A stretch of DNA of 32,291 nucleotides from positions 1 to 32,291 of the forward strand of contig DMDX01000015.1 in NCBI GenBank assembly GCA_003451355.1. The letters are read 5' to 3'. Below the pieces are notes generated by a model. That model was not told where the DNA came from and ran no database searches. It saw nothing but the letters and a program-made list of their open reading frames with translations. Below are positions 19,482-28,624 of the stretch, piece by piece. Source of the stretch: Cryomorphaceae bacterium (GTDB taxonomy: Bacteria; Bacteroidota; Bacteroidia; Flavobacteriales; Schleiferiaceae). Each line of letters begins with the position of its first letter. The stretch's first letter is position 1. The translations under genes and the position numbers were made by a program.

Positions 19482-20114
19482 CTATTTGGCCGATAAGGCG
19501 TTTTCAATTTTCACAATCGAAGGCTCAACTAACACCAAGGTGCCGCCATTTAAAATTGAATAAGTGCTTAATTCTGAAGCAGTTACCACTTTTGAGCCCT
19601 CAAAATTGCGGGACGACAAATATACTGAATTATTTGGCTCAGCCAATACTACCGTCGATTTCTTGCCTTCAAGGCCTAAAGCTTTGAGAATCACACCGTA
19701 ATCCTTTGTCTTTGGGGCATTCATCGCAATTTGATCCACAACTAAAATCTGATTTGACGCCGCCAATTGGCTCAAAGCCGACTTTCGCGCAACCAATTTC
19801 AACTTTTTGTTGAGCTTGAATCCGTACTCGTGAGGAACAGGTCCAAATACACGGCCACCTCCACGAAACAACGGTGACTTCATACTTCCGTGACGCGCAC
19901 CACCGGTACCCTTCTGCTTGTGCAGCTTTTTTGTGGTACGTGCGATTTCTGCGCGCTGCTTACTCTTGTGCGTACCCTGGCGCTGATTGGCCAAGTACTG
20001 CTTTACATCGAGGTACATTGCATGATCGTTCGGTGTAATCCCGAAAACATCATCATTCAATTGGACTGTCCGACCCGTTTCCTGGCCGTCCTGATTTAAG
20101 ATGCGAACTTCCAT
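19482..20114 (-). CDS. rplD: 50S ribosomal protein L4
   Basis: 210 aa. The translation contains KQKGTGGARHGSMKSPLFRGGGRVFGP. The ATG overlaps the rplC stop. Confidence 0.97.
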   Translation of the reverse strand: MEVRILNQDGQETGRTVQLNDDVFGITPNDHAMYLDVKQYLANQRQGTHKSKQRAEIARTTKKLHKQKGTGGARHGSMKSPLFRGGGRVFGPVPHEYGFKLNKKLKLVARKSALSQLAASNQILVVDQIAMNAPKTKDYGVILKALGLEGKKSTVVLAEPNNSVYLSSRNFEGSKVVTASELSTYSILNGGTLVLVEPSIVKIENALSAK

Positions 20115-20725
20115 TATTTCTCAACAATTACAATCGACTGCCTTGCGCCGGGAATGGAACCTTTGACAACGAGCAGATTCTTATCTGCATCGACCTTCAA
20201 GATTTGAAGGTTTTGAATTTTAATACGCGTGTTGCCCGTACGTCCACCCATGCGCATTCCGCGGAATACGCGGCTTGGGTCAGAACCTGCACCAATAGAA
20301 CCCGGAGCGCGTAGACGGTTGTGCTGACCATGGCTTGCTTCACCAACACCGCTAAAGCCGTGACGCTTCACAACACCCTGGAAGCCCTTGCCTTTCGACT
20401 GGCCTACAACGTCTACGAATTCACCCTCTTCGAACATGGCAACCGTGAGCACTTCGCCCAACGCAACATTTGTTCCGAATTCGCGGAATTCTACATATTT
20501 TGATTTTGCAGAGGTATTAGCCTTTGCAGCGTGGCCGGAGGCAGGCGATATGGGATTTTTCTTTTCACCATAACCGATCTGCACGGCTTCGTAACCATCG
20601 ACATCATTCGTCTTTAGCTGAGTCACCACACAGGGACCCAACTCAATCACGGTACATGGAAAATTCTTTCCGTCACCGTCGAAGATGCTGGTCATTCCGA
20701 TTTTTTTGCCAATTAGTCCAGGCAT
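20114..20725 (-). CDS. rplC: 50S ribosomal protein L3
   Basis: 203 aa. The translation contains [13 protein letters not shown] and [14 protein letters not shown]. Confidence 0.97.
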   Translation of the reverse strand: MPGLIGKKIGMTSIFDGDGKNFPCTVIELGPCVVTQLKTNDVDGYEAVQIGYGEKKNPISPASGHAAKANTSAKSKYVEFREFGTNVALGEVLTVAMFEEGEFVDVVGQSKGKGFQGVVKRHGFSGVGEASHGQHNRLRAPGSIGAGSDPSRVFRGMRMGGRTGNTRIKIQNLQILKVDADKNLLVVKGSIPGARQSIVIVEK

Positions 20726-20746
20726 TGTCAGGAATTCTAGGGATTA

Positions 20747-21052
20747 TTAAACTTTGATCTCGACCTCAACACCACTGGGAAGCTCAAGCTTCATCAGGGC
20801 ATCGATGGTTTTACTTGAAGACGAGTAAATGTCAAGCAAGCGCTTGTAGCTCGACAACTCAAACTGCTCACGCGCCTTTTTATTGACGTGCGGGCTGCGC
20901 AGTACGGTGTAAATGCGCTTGTTAGTTGGCAAGGGGATCGGGCCGTTTACCACAGCACCGGTACTCTTCACCGTCTTTACAATTTTTTCTGCACTCTTGT
21001 CTACGAGGTTATAATCGTATGACTTAAGCTTTATGCGAATTTTCTGGCTCAT
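20747..21052 (-). CDS. rpsJ: 30S ribosomal protein S10
   Basis: 101 aa. The translation contains [14 protein letters not shown] and [15 protein letters not shown]. Confidence 0.97.
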   Translation of the reverse strand: MSQKIRIKLKSYDYNLVDKSAEKIVKTVKSTGAVVNGPIPLPTNKRIYTVLRSPHVNKKAREQFELSSYKRLLDIYSSSSKTIDALMKLELPSGVEVEIKV

Positions 21053-21061
21053 CGATCCTCT

Positions 21062-23191
21062 TTATTTACCTTTTACTTTTTCGATTACGGCTTCAGAGAT
21101 ACTTGTAGGCGTCTCTGAAAAGTGGCTGAACTCCATAGTCGAAGAACCCCGCCCTGAGGTCAGCGTACGCAACGTCGTTACGTAACCAAACATTTCACTC
21201 AAAGGCACCTTCGCACGAACGAGGCTATCGCCATCTTTCGTATCCATTCCTTCAACCATTCCACGGCGCTTGTTAAGGTCACCTACTACATCACCCATGC
21301 TTGATTCAGGCATTACAACCTCCATCTTCATGATCGGCTCGAGGATAACCGGACGAGACTTGCGAGCAGCTTCCTTAAATCCGATTTTAGCGGCCAATTC
21401 AAACGATAGTGAATCAGAGTCAACAGGGTGGAATGAACCGTCTGTAAGGGTCACCTTCATGGCGTCGATGCCGTATCCAGCCAATGGGCCGTTCTTCATC
21501 GCCTCCTTAAAGCCCTTCTCAATCGAAGGCACGTATTCCTTAGGAACGTTACCGCCCTTAATCTCATTCACAAATTGAAGGCCACCAGTGTGTGCTTCGT
21601 CTGCAGGGCCAATCGTAAACACAATATCCGCGAACTTACCGCGACCACCAGTTTGCTTCTTGTATACCTCGCGGTGGTTAATTGTAGCGGTGAGCGCTTC
21701 TTTGTACTGAACCTGTGGAGCACCTTGGTTACATTCTACCTTAAACTCGCGTTTCAAGCGGTCAACAATAATCTCCAAGTGAAGCTCACCCATTCCAGAG
21801 ATTACGGTCTGACCAGTCTCTTCGTCGGTGTGCACACGAAAGGTTGGATCCTCTTCAGCAAGCTTTGCCAAAGACATACCCAACTTATCCACGTCAGCCT
21901 GAGTTTTTGGCTCTACTGCGAGTCCGATTACGGGCTCAGGGAAACTCATTGATTCAAGTACAATGGGTTTCTTCTCATCACATAACGTATCACCAGTGCG
22001 AATGTCTTTAAAGCCAACACCGGCACCAATGTCACCCGCCTCAATGACGTCAATCGGATTTTGCTTGTTGGCGTGCATCTGGAAGATTCGGCTGATGCGC
22101 TCTTTGTTACCCGTACGCATGTTTTTCACGTAGGACCCAGCATCAATTTTGCCAGAGTAGACACGGAAAAAACAAAGTCGACCCACAAACGGATCTGTAG
22201 CAATCTTAAACGCAAGGGCTGCCAATGGCTCTGTTGAAACTGGGCGACGCACCTCTTCTTCATCCGTATCGGGGTTTACTCCCGAAATAGCCTCCACATC
22301 CATTGGAGATGGCAGGAACTCCATCACGGCGTCGAGCATCGTCTGTACACCCTTATTCTTGAACGCGGATCCACAGAGAACTGGAGTGATTTTCATGGCT
22401 ATCACGGCCTTGCGGATTGCCGCAGTCAGTTCTTCACGAGTGATGCTCGCAGGATCGTCAAAGAACTTCTCCATGAGGTTGTCGTCGAATTCTGCCACTG
22501 CCTCGACGAGCTTTTCACGGTACTCGTTTACTGTATCTACTAGGTCAGCCGGGATTTCAATCTCGTCGTAGGTCATGCCCTGAGAATCATCATTCCAAAT
22601 GATGGCCTTCTTGGTGAGCAAGTCCACTACGCCACGGAACTCCGCTTCTGCGCCGATGGGCACCTGAAGGGGTACCGCGTTACCGCGAAGTTTCTCGTCG
22701 ATTTGACGTACCACGTTAAAGAAGTCAGCTCCAGTGCGATCCATCTTATTGACGAACGCAATACGCGGAACACTGTACTTTGTAGCCTGACGCCATACAG
22801 TTTCAGTTTGGGGCTGTACGCCACCTACCGCACACAGAAGTGCCACTGCACCATCGAGAACGCGAAGTGAGCGCTCTACCTCAACCGTAAAGTCAACGTG
22901 ACCTGGGGTGTCGATGATGTTAATCTTGTACTCTTCAGTCTGACCTGCGATGTCCTTACCCTGAACCGTTGGGAAGCGCCAAAAGCACGTCGTCGCAGCT
23001 GATGTAATGGTGATACCCCGCTCCTGCTCCTGAACCATCCAGTCCATGGTAGCAGCACCGTCGTGTACTTCACCAATCTTGTGGCTTACGCCGGTGTAGT
23101 AAAGAATGCGCTCGGTAGTAGTGGTTTTACCAGCATCAATGTGAGCCATGATGCCAATATTCCGGGTGTATTGAAGGTCGCGTGAAGCCAT
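21062..23191 (-). CDS. fusA: Translation elongation factor G
   Basis: 709 aa. The GTPase motifs [17 protein letters not shown] and NKMD are present, and domains II-V are intact. It lies between rpsG and rpsJ. Confidence 0.97.
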   Translation of the reverse strand: MASRDLQYTRNIGIMAHIDAGKTTTTERILYYTGVSHKIGEVHDGAATMDWMVQEQERGITITSAATTCFWRFPTVQGKDIAGQTEEYKINIIDTPGHVDFTVEVERSLRVLDGAVALLCAVGGVQPQTETVWRQATKYSVPRIAFVNKMDRTGADFFNVVRQIDEKLRGNAVPLQVPIGAEAEFRGVVDLLTKKAIIWNDDSQGMTYDEIEIPADLVDTVNEYREKLVEAVAEFDDNLMEKFFDDPASITREELTAAIRKAVIAMKITPVLCGSAFKNKGVQTMLDAVMEFLPSPMDVEAISGVNPDTDEEEVRRPVSTEPLAALAFKIATDPFVGRLCFFRVYSGKIDAGSYVKNMRTGNKERISRIFQMHANKQNPIDVIEAGDIGAGVGFKDIRTGDTLCDEKKPIVLESMSFPEPVIGLAVEPKTQADVDKLGMSLAKLAEEDPTFRVHTDEETGQTVISGMGELHLEIIVDRLKREFKVECNQGAPQVQYKEALTATINHREVYKKQTGGRGKFADIVFTIGPADEAHTGGLQFVNEIKGGNVPKEYVPSIEKGFKEAMKNGPLAGYGIDAMKVTLTDGSFHPVDSDSLSFELAAKIGFKEAARKSRPVILEPIMKMEVVMPESSMGDVVGDLNKRRGMVEGMDTKDGDSLVRAKVPLSEMFGYVTTLRTLTSGRGSSTMEFSHFSETPTSISEAVIEKVKGK

Positions 23192-23209
23192 TTTTTTGCT
23201 AATCTTCGA

Positions 23210-23680
23210 TTAAAAACGAAAGTGAGAGAATGCCTTGTTGGCTTCGGCCATCTTGTGCGTATCCATGCGCTTTTTTACTGCTGCGCCTTCCTCTTTAGCC
23301 GCAGCTAAGATTTCACCAGCTAGCTTTCCCGCCATGCTTTTTTCGTTGCGCTTGCGCGAGTAGCCGATCAACCACTTCATTGCTACCGCAATCTTGCGGT
23401 CGGGACGAATCTGTTGCGGAATTTGGAATGTCGCTCCACCTACACGACGGCTGCGCACCTCTACGTGCGGCATCACGTTGGTAAGGGCCGTCTTCCACTG
23501 ATCAAGGCCATTGGCCTCTCCAGTGCGCTCCGACACCAAATCAATAGCATCGTAAAAGATTTTGAAGGCGGTTGACTTCTTTCCGTCGTACATCATGTTG
23601 TTCACAAAACGAGTTACGAGGGGATCGTTAAAACGGGGATCCGGCAGTAACGGGCGCTTTTTGGCACGAGTCTTTCTCAT
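23210..23680 (-). CDS. rpsG: 30S ribosomal protein S7
   Basis: 156 aa. The translation contains PDPRFNDPLVTRFVN and VEVRSRRVGGATFQIP. Confidence 0.97.
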   Translation of the reverse strand: MRKTRAKKRPLLPDPRFNDPLVTRFVNNMMYDGKKSTAFKIFYDAIDLVSERTGEANGLDQWKTALTNVMPHVEVRSRRVGGATFQIPQQIRPDRKIAVAMKWLIGYSRKRNEKSMAGKLAGEILAAAKEEGAAVKKRMDTHKMAEANKAFSHFRF

Positions 23681-23694
23681 GGTTCCTTACTTAA

Positions 23695-24075
23695 TTATTT
23701 TTTAGCCTTTGGACGCTTCGTGCCGTACTTCGAACGACGCTGCATACGACCGTTCACGCCAGCCGTATCAAGGGCACCGCGAACGATGTGGTAGCGTACG
23801 CCGGGAAGGTCTTTTACACGACCTCCGCGAACCAGCACAATGCTGTGCTCTTGCAGGTTGTGTCCTTCACCTCCGATGTAGGCGTTGACTTCATTACCGT
23901 TGGTCAACCGCACACGCGCAACTTTGCGCATCGCGGAATTCGGCTTTTTAGGAGTAGTGGTGTATACCCGGGTACAAACGCCACGGCGCTGTGGGCAAGC
24001 GTCCAGTGCGGCCGACTTGCTCTTCTTTTCCAGGGTTACGCGTCCTTTGCGGACTAATTGTTGGATCGTTGGCAT
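23695..24075 (-). CDS. rpsL: 30S ribosomal protein S12
   Basis: 126 aa. The translation contains [24 protein letters not shown] (wild-type Lys at the streptomycin site) and [12 protein letters not shown]. Confidence 0.97.
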   Translation of the reverse strand: MPTIQQLVRKGRVTLEKKSKSAALDACPQRRGVCTRVYTTTPKKPNSAMRKVARVRLTNGNEVNAYIGGEGHNLQEHSIVLVRGGRVKDLPGVRYHIVRGALDTAGVNGRMQRRSKYGTKRPKAKK

Positions 24076-24131
24076 GCTCTTCTACGTGGTTTGACGTCGG
24101 TAGAAATAAAATTTCACCCCCACTTTTTTGG

Positions 24132-24145
24132 GGACTGCAAATGTA
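24132..24145 (-). promoter_or_regulatory. Bacteroidota-type -7 promoter box for the rpsL...rplQ super-operon (TACATTTGCAGTCC)
   Basis: The minus strand reads TACATTTG (TAnnTTTG) followed by CAGTCC, about 57-60 nt upstream of the rpsL ATG. The predicted transcript 5' end can fold as CCCCA-N6-TGGGG (24118-24133). I found no convincing -33 TTG. Confidence 0.55.
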
Positions 24146-24230
24146 GAACAAATTCTTGTCTAATCACCTTCAGGAGGTAAAAAGAATTTCAAAGTTTTCC
24201 ACTAAGCCGCGGTCCCACGGTCTGTCAACC

Positions 24231-24238
24231 TACTTTTG
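24231..24238 (+). promoter_or_regulatory. Candidate -7 promoter box (TACTTTTG) for uvrD-DUF4290-murA
   Basis: An exact TAnnTTTG match ends 9 nt before the uvrD ATG at 24248, followed by TAGCACC (compare CAGTCC at the other three sites). This implies a very short leader or none. Confidence 0.4.
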
Positions 24239-24247
24239 TAGCACCTC

Positions 24248-26593
24248 ATGAACGATCTCTTAAGCGCTTTAAATTCAGCCCAACGCAACGCGGCGTCACA
24301 TATAAAAGGCCCGGTAATGGTCATAGCTGGGGCAGGATCGGGGAAAACTCGGGTTCTAACCTACCGAATTGCGCACTTAATTGCGCAAGGGGCGGATGCC
24401 TTTCAAATTCTTGCCTTGACCTTCACCAACAAAGCTGCGCGCGAAATGAAGGACCGGATCGCGAAGGTGATTGGTCCAGCCGAGGCAAAGAATGTATGGA
24501 TGGGAACATTCCACTCCATTTTTGCGCGCATCCTGCGCGTAGAGGGGGAGCGACTAGGGTTCCCGAGCAACTTTACGATTTACGATTCCGAGGATGCACA
24601 AAAAGTGCTGGCGAATGTGATTAAAGAGCTGAACCTCGACAAAGAGATTTACAAGACCAAGTCAGTTGCCTCGCGTATATCGGCCTACAAGAACAGCTTA
24701 ATCACGCCAAAGGCCTATGCGGCACGGGCGGACCTGCAGGAGCAAGATGCCTCGGCACGAATGTCGAAGCTCGGCGAGGTATACGCTCAGTACATGGAGC
24801 GCTGCTTTCGAGCGGGAGCGATGGACTTTGACGACCTCTTGCTCAAGACCAATGAGTTGTTTGCGCGGTTTCCGGATGTGCTAGCGAAGTACCAGGACCG
24901 GTTCCGCTATTTGTTGGTAGACGAGTATCAGGATACCAACCACGCACAGTACCTGATTGTGAAGGCGTTGGCCGCGCGCTTTGAAAACATATGTGTGGTA
25001 GGCGATGACGCGCAGAGTATTTATTCGTTTCGCGGCGCCAACATTCGGAACATTTTGAATTTTCAAAAGGATTACCCTGACGCGGCACTGTATAAATTGG
25101 AGCAAAACTACCGGAGCACCCAGCGCATTGTGAAGGCTGCCAATGTGCTGATTTCGCACAACAAGGAGCAGCTCGAAAAAGACGTGTGGACCGAGAATCC
25201 GCTGGGAGAGAAGATTGTGGTGCACCAGAGCGTGAGCGATTCCGACGAAGGCCAATATGTAGCGCAGACAATTTTTGACTTAGTACATCGGGAGCACCGC
25301 GGTTATGGCGACTTTGCCATTTTGTATCGGACGAATGCCCAGTCCCGCTCATTTGAAGATGCGCTGCGGCGCAGGAATATTCCGTACCAGATTTACGGCG
25401 GATTGTCGTTTTACCAGCGCAAAGAGATTAAGGATGTGCTCGCGTACGTCCGACTGACGGTCAATGCGAGTGATGAAGAGGCACTGCGGCGCGTGATTAA
25501 TTTACCGGGGCGCGGAATTGGAGATACCACCATTGCCCGGCTCACGATTGCGGCAAATGACCGACAGGTTCCGCTTTGGGAAGCCGTGCGCAACGCGACC
25601 ACCTGGGATTTAGGCATCAACCGACCGACCGCGGAACGGCTCGTGGCATTTGCAGATTTAATTGATTCGTACCGAATCATCGCTACGCAGCAGGACGCCT
25701 TCGGAACCGTGGAGCACATTGCCCGCACAAGTGGTTTGGTGAAGTTACTCGCCGAAGACAAGACGCCCGAGGGCATTAGCCGCTACGAGAACGTTCAAGA
25801 ACTGCTCAACGGTATCAAGGACTTTGTGGAGCAGCAGAGCCAAACCGAAGACGGCGACCCAAGCCTCGGGGCCTTTTTGCAGGACGTGGCGCTGCTGACC
25901 GACCGTGACGAACAGGAGACCGACGAACCCAAGGTGATTTTGATGACCATTCACTTGGCGAAGGGTTTGGAGTTTCCGGTGGTGTTTGTGGTCGGAATGG
26001 AGGACGCCCTTTTCCCATCGATGATGGCGATGAATTCACGGAGTGATCTTGAAGAGGAGCGCCGTCTGTTTTATGTCGCGTTGACACGGGCCGAACAGCG
26101 GGCCTTCTTGACGTATGCACGCGTTCGGTACAGGTGGGGCAAATTGATTGACTGCGAACCAAGCCGCTTTCTCGAAGAGTTGGACGAAGAGCATTTAGAT
26201 GTACACATCCCTGAATTACCGAAGAGCTATGGGGTACCGAGGGAGCTTCGGGATGCGTTTGGCGACCCTGAACAGCCGCGCACCTTTAGGGGAAGTGCGG
26301 CCCAAAAGATGGGCGGAAGCGCCCCGAAGGCAACGACACCTCCCCCCGCGCCTATTCGGTTTAGGAAGCCCGAAAACCTCAAACCTTTAGGCCATGCAAC
26401 TTCTGCGTCGGGAAGTCCCGCTCACGAACTAAATTTGACCTCTGGAATTCGGGTGGTGCACGATCGCTTTGGCGTAGGCACCGTGACCGAAGTGGAACCA
26501 GCCGCTGACGGCGGAAAAGCCACCATACAATTTGATAACGCGGGCGAAAAGAAACTCCTCTTGAAGTTCGCTAAATTGCAGCTCTTGGCTTAG
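24248..26593 (+). CDS. uvrD: ATP-dependent DNA helicase, UvrD/PcrA/Rep superfamily 1
   Basis: 781 aa. The motifs visible are LNSAQRNA, Walker A AGAGSGKT, DEYQDTN, a VGDDAQSIYSFRGA-type motif, YRSTQ and LMTIHLAKGLEFPVVFV. The C-terminal Tudor-like tail reads VVHDRFGVGTV...IQFDNAGEKKL. Confidence 0.93.
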   Translation: MNDLLSALNSAQRNAASHIKGPVMVIAGAGSGKTRVLTYRIAHLIAQGADAFQILALTFTNKAAREMKDRIAKVIGPAEAKNVWMGTFHSIFARILRVEGERLGFPSNFTIYDSEDAQKVLANVIKELNLDKEIYKTKSVASRISAYKNSLITPKAYAARADLQEQDASARMSKLGEVYAQYMERCFRAGAMDFDDLLLKTNELFARFPDVLAKYQDRFRYLLVDEYQDTNHAQYLIVKALAARFENICVVGDDAQSIYSFRGANIRNILNFQKDYPDAALYKLEQNYRSTQRIVKAANVLISHNKEQLEKDVWTENPLGEKIVVHQSVSDSDEGQYVAQTIFDLVHREHRGYGDFAILYRTNAQSRSFEDALRRRNIPYQIYGGLSFYQRKEIKDVLAYVRLTVNASDEEALRRVINLPGRGIGDTTIARLTIAANDRQVPLWEAVRNATTWDLGINRPTAERLVAFADLIDSYRIIATQQDAFGTVEHIARTSGLVKLLAEDKTPEGISRYENVQELLNGIKDFVEQQSQTEDGDPSLGAFLQDVALLTDRDEQETDEPKVILMTIHLAKGLEFPVVFVVGMEDALFPSMMAMNSRSDLEEERRLFYVALTRAEQRAFLTYARVRYRWGKLIDCEPSRFLEELDEEHLDVHIPELPKSYGVPRELRDAFGDPEQPRTFRGSAAQKMGGSAPKATTPPPAPIRFRKPENLKPLGHATSASGSPAHELNLTSGIRVVHDRFGVGTVTEVEPAADGGKATIQFDNAGEKKLLLKFAKLQLLA

Positions 26594-26594
26594 C

Positions 26595-27281
26595 ATGAGC
26601 ACCCTAATGGAAACTTCAAGCATCACCACGTTGTCGCTCGACTACAATACGGACCGCCCCCAAATGGTACTTGGCGAATACGGGCGCCTCGTGCAGACCA
26701 TGGTCGAGTTCACGCTCACGATCGAGGACCGCGCCAAGCGAACTGAGTCCGCTGCCCATATTGTCGACACGGTAGGTCGATTGAATCCGACCCTTCGCGG
26801 TCAGACTGATTTTGCGCGCAAAGTTTGGGACCACCTCCACGTAATATCTGGATTTCAGCTGGATGTGGATGGCCCGTTCCCTGCCCCGCAACGCGAACTA
26901 CTCGAAGCCAAACCCGAGCGCGTTCCCTACCCCCCGAAAAGCCGAAGCCATCGCTACTACGGTGTAATCCTCCAGAGCTTGATCAACACGGTTGCCGAAA
27001 TGGAGCCGTCTGAAGAGCGTCAAGGAATTGAGTACGACATCGCCAACCAAATGAAGCGTGCCTACCTCAGCTGGAACAAAGACACCGTAGACGATGCCGT
27101 GATCTTCAATGATTTACGGATCCTTTCTGCCGGCCGACTTGGCCAAGAAGGTTCAGCCCTATCTGTGGCTAAAGGCGTGGTATCCCAAAATGCCCCGCTC
27201 CACACAAAAAATCGGAAAAAGAAAAAACCGAATACAACCAACTTTAACAACAAACGCAAAGGCGGATTCTTCCGTAAGTAG
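26595..27281 (+). CDS. DUF4290 domain-containing protein (function unknown)
   Basis: 228 aa. YNTDRPQMVLGEYGRLVQTMVE, LNPTLRG, KVWDHLHVISGFQLDVD and SWNKDTV match my recollection of DUF4290 proteins, which sit immediately upstream of murA in Bacteroidota. The C-terminal tail is strongly basic (NRKKKKPNTTNFNNKRKGGFFRK). The ATG lies 1 nt after the uvrD stop, and the murA ATG follows 3 nt after its own stop. Confidence 0.75.
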   Translation: MSTLMETSSITTLSLDYNTDRPQMVLGEYGRLVQTMVEFTLTIEDRAKRTESAAHIVDTVGRLNPTLRGQTDFARKVWDHLHVISGFQLDVDGPFPAPQRELLEAKPERVPYPPKSRSHRYYGVILQSLINTVAEMEPSEERQGIEYDIANQMKRAYLSWNKDTVDDAVIFNDLRILSAGRLGQEGSALSVAKGVVSQNAPLHTKNRKKKKPNTTNFNNKRKGGFFRK

Positions 27282-27284
27282 GGT

Positions 27285-28601
27285 ATGGCTTCATTTCGAA
27301 TTACGGGCGGAACTGCGCTCAAAGGGGACGTTCATCCGCAAGGGGCCAAAAACGAGGTGCTCCAAATTTTGTGTGCCGTGCTTTTGACCGATGATACGGT
27401 CCGAATTACCAACATTCCAGATATCATCGACGTCAACAAACTCATCGAGATTCTCGGTGACTTCGGCGTAACCGTTGTAAATAACGGCCCTGGAGACTAC
27501 AGCTTCACCGCGGATTCGATTGATATAGACTTCTTGTTTGGTGAAACCTACAAAAAGAAGGGTGCATCGCTGCGCGGTTCTGTAATGGTGGTGGGTCCCA
27601 TGCTTGCTCGGTTCGGAAAGGGCTACATCCCCAAACCCGGTGGGGACAAGATTGGCCGCCGCCGCTTAGACACACACTTCGAAGGCTTCATGAAGCTTGG
27701 AGCCAAGTTCGTATTCGAAGAAGGCGACCACTTTTATGGGGTGGAGGCTCCTGCTGAGGGCCTCAAAGGTGCCTTCATTCTGCTCGACGAACCGTCGGTT
27801 ACGGGTACTGCCAATATTGTCATGGCCGCCGTCCTTACCCCTGGTGTTACAACGATTTACAACGCTGCGTGCGAGCCCTACTTGCAGCAGTTGTGCGGAA
27901 TGCTCGTTCGAATGGGCGCCCAAATCGAAGGCATCGGCAGCAACCGTTTGACAATAACCGGTGTAACCCGACTCGGTGGTACAGAGCACCGCTGCCTTCC
28001 CGACATGATTGAAATCGGCTCTTGGATTGGACTTGCAGCGATGACGAAGTCTGAAATCACCATTAAAAATGCGGGGATTCCACATTTGGGCCAAATTCCG
28101 AATGTGTTTCGCAAACTTGGAATCCGCATTGAAGAGCGTGGCGACGACCTCTACATCCCCGCGCAAGAGCACTATGAAATGGGTGCGTACCTCGACGGTT
28201 CTATGGTGACGATCGCGGATGGTCCATGGCCGATGTTTACTCCTGATTTGCTGAGTATTGTACTTGTGACGGCGACCCAAGCAAAAGGTTCCGTGCTCAT
28301 CCACCAAAAAATGTTTGAGAGCCGTTTGTTTTTTGTGGACAAACTCATTGATATGGGCGCCCAAATCATCTTGTGCGACCCGCACCGTGCCACGGTGATT
28401 GGCCACGACCACCAGTTTAATTTGCGCGCCACTACAATGTCTTCGCCAGATATTCGTGCCGGAATTGCCCTACTCATCGCAGCGTTGAGCGCAGACGGAA
28501 CCTCAACGATTCAGAATATTGAGCAAATTGATCGCGGGTATGAGCGAATTGACGCGCGCCTGCGTGACTTAGGTGCCAAAATTGAGCGCGTGGCGGACTG
28601 A
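27285..28601 (+). CDS. murA: UDP-N-acetylglucosamine 1-carboxyvinyltransferase
   Basis: 438 aa, EPSP-synthase-like fold. The translation contains GAKNEVLQILCA, the active-site loop KPGGDKIGRRRLDTH and the C-terminal IDRGYERID. Confidence 0.95.
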   Translation: MASFRITGGTALKGDVHPQGAKNEVLQILCAVLLTDDTVRITNIPDIIDVNKLIEILGDFGVTVVNNGPGDYSFTADSIDIDFLFGETYKKKGASLRGSVMVVGPMLARFGKGYIPKPGGDKIGRRRLDTHFEGFMKLGAKFVFEEGDHFYGVEAPAEGLKGAFILLDEPSVTGTANIVMAAVLTPGVTTIYNAACEPYLQQLCGMLVRMGAQIEGIGSNRLTITGVTRLGGTEHRCLPDMIEIGSWIGLAAMTKSEITIKNAGIPHLGQIPNVFRKLGIRIEERGDDLYIPAQEHYEMGAYLDGSMVTIADGPWPMFTPDLLSIVLVTATQAKGSVLIHQKMFESRLFFVDKLIDMGAQIILCDPHRATVIGHDHQFNLRATTMSSPDIRAGIALLIAALSADGTSTIQNIEQIDRGYERIDARLRDLGAKIERVAD

Positions 28602-28624
28602 TTTTTGCAACTTAACTTCGAAAC

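Noticed and set aside
24118-24133. A small hairpin CCCCA-N6-TGGGG at the predicted 5' end of the rpsL transcript, considered as a regulatory leader or ribosomal-protein autoregulatory structure.
   Set aside because: It has only 5 bp and no similarity to known ribosomal-protein leaders that I can recognise. It may merely stabilise the 5' end. There is not enough evidence to call it a feature.
24172-24177. A perfect Shine-Dalgarno-like AGGAGG on the plus strand in the rpsL/uvrD divergent intergenic region, hinting at a hidden small ORF.
   Set aside because: No ATG, GTG or TTG lies within 4-12 nt downstream (the sequence is TAAAAAGAATTTCAAAG). Bacteroidota generally do not use SD pairing, and no ORF of meaningful length follows.
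27205-27227. An A-rich tract (CAAAAAATCGGAAAAAGAAAAAACC) near the 3' end of the DUF4290 gene, considered as a slippery or frameshift site or a sequencing-error hotspot.
   Set aside because: The frame continues cleanly through it, encoding the Lys-rich tail, and reaches a stop 3 nt before the murA ATG. No alternative frame yields a longer or recognisable product.
27666-28412. A 248-aa ORF antisense to murA. Shorter antisense ORFs overlap it at 27878-28129 and 28172-28477.
   Set aside because: It lies entirely within a well-supported murA CDS on the opposite strand. The translation is Arg/His/Val-rich with no recognisable motifs, start context or promoter. This is a typical shadow ORF of a codon-biased gene.
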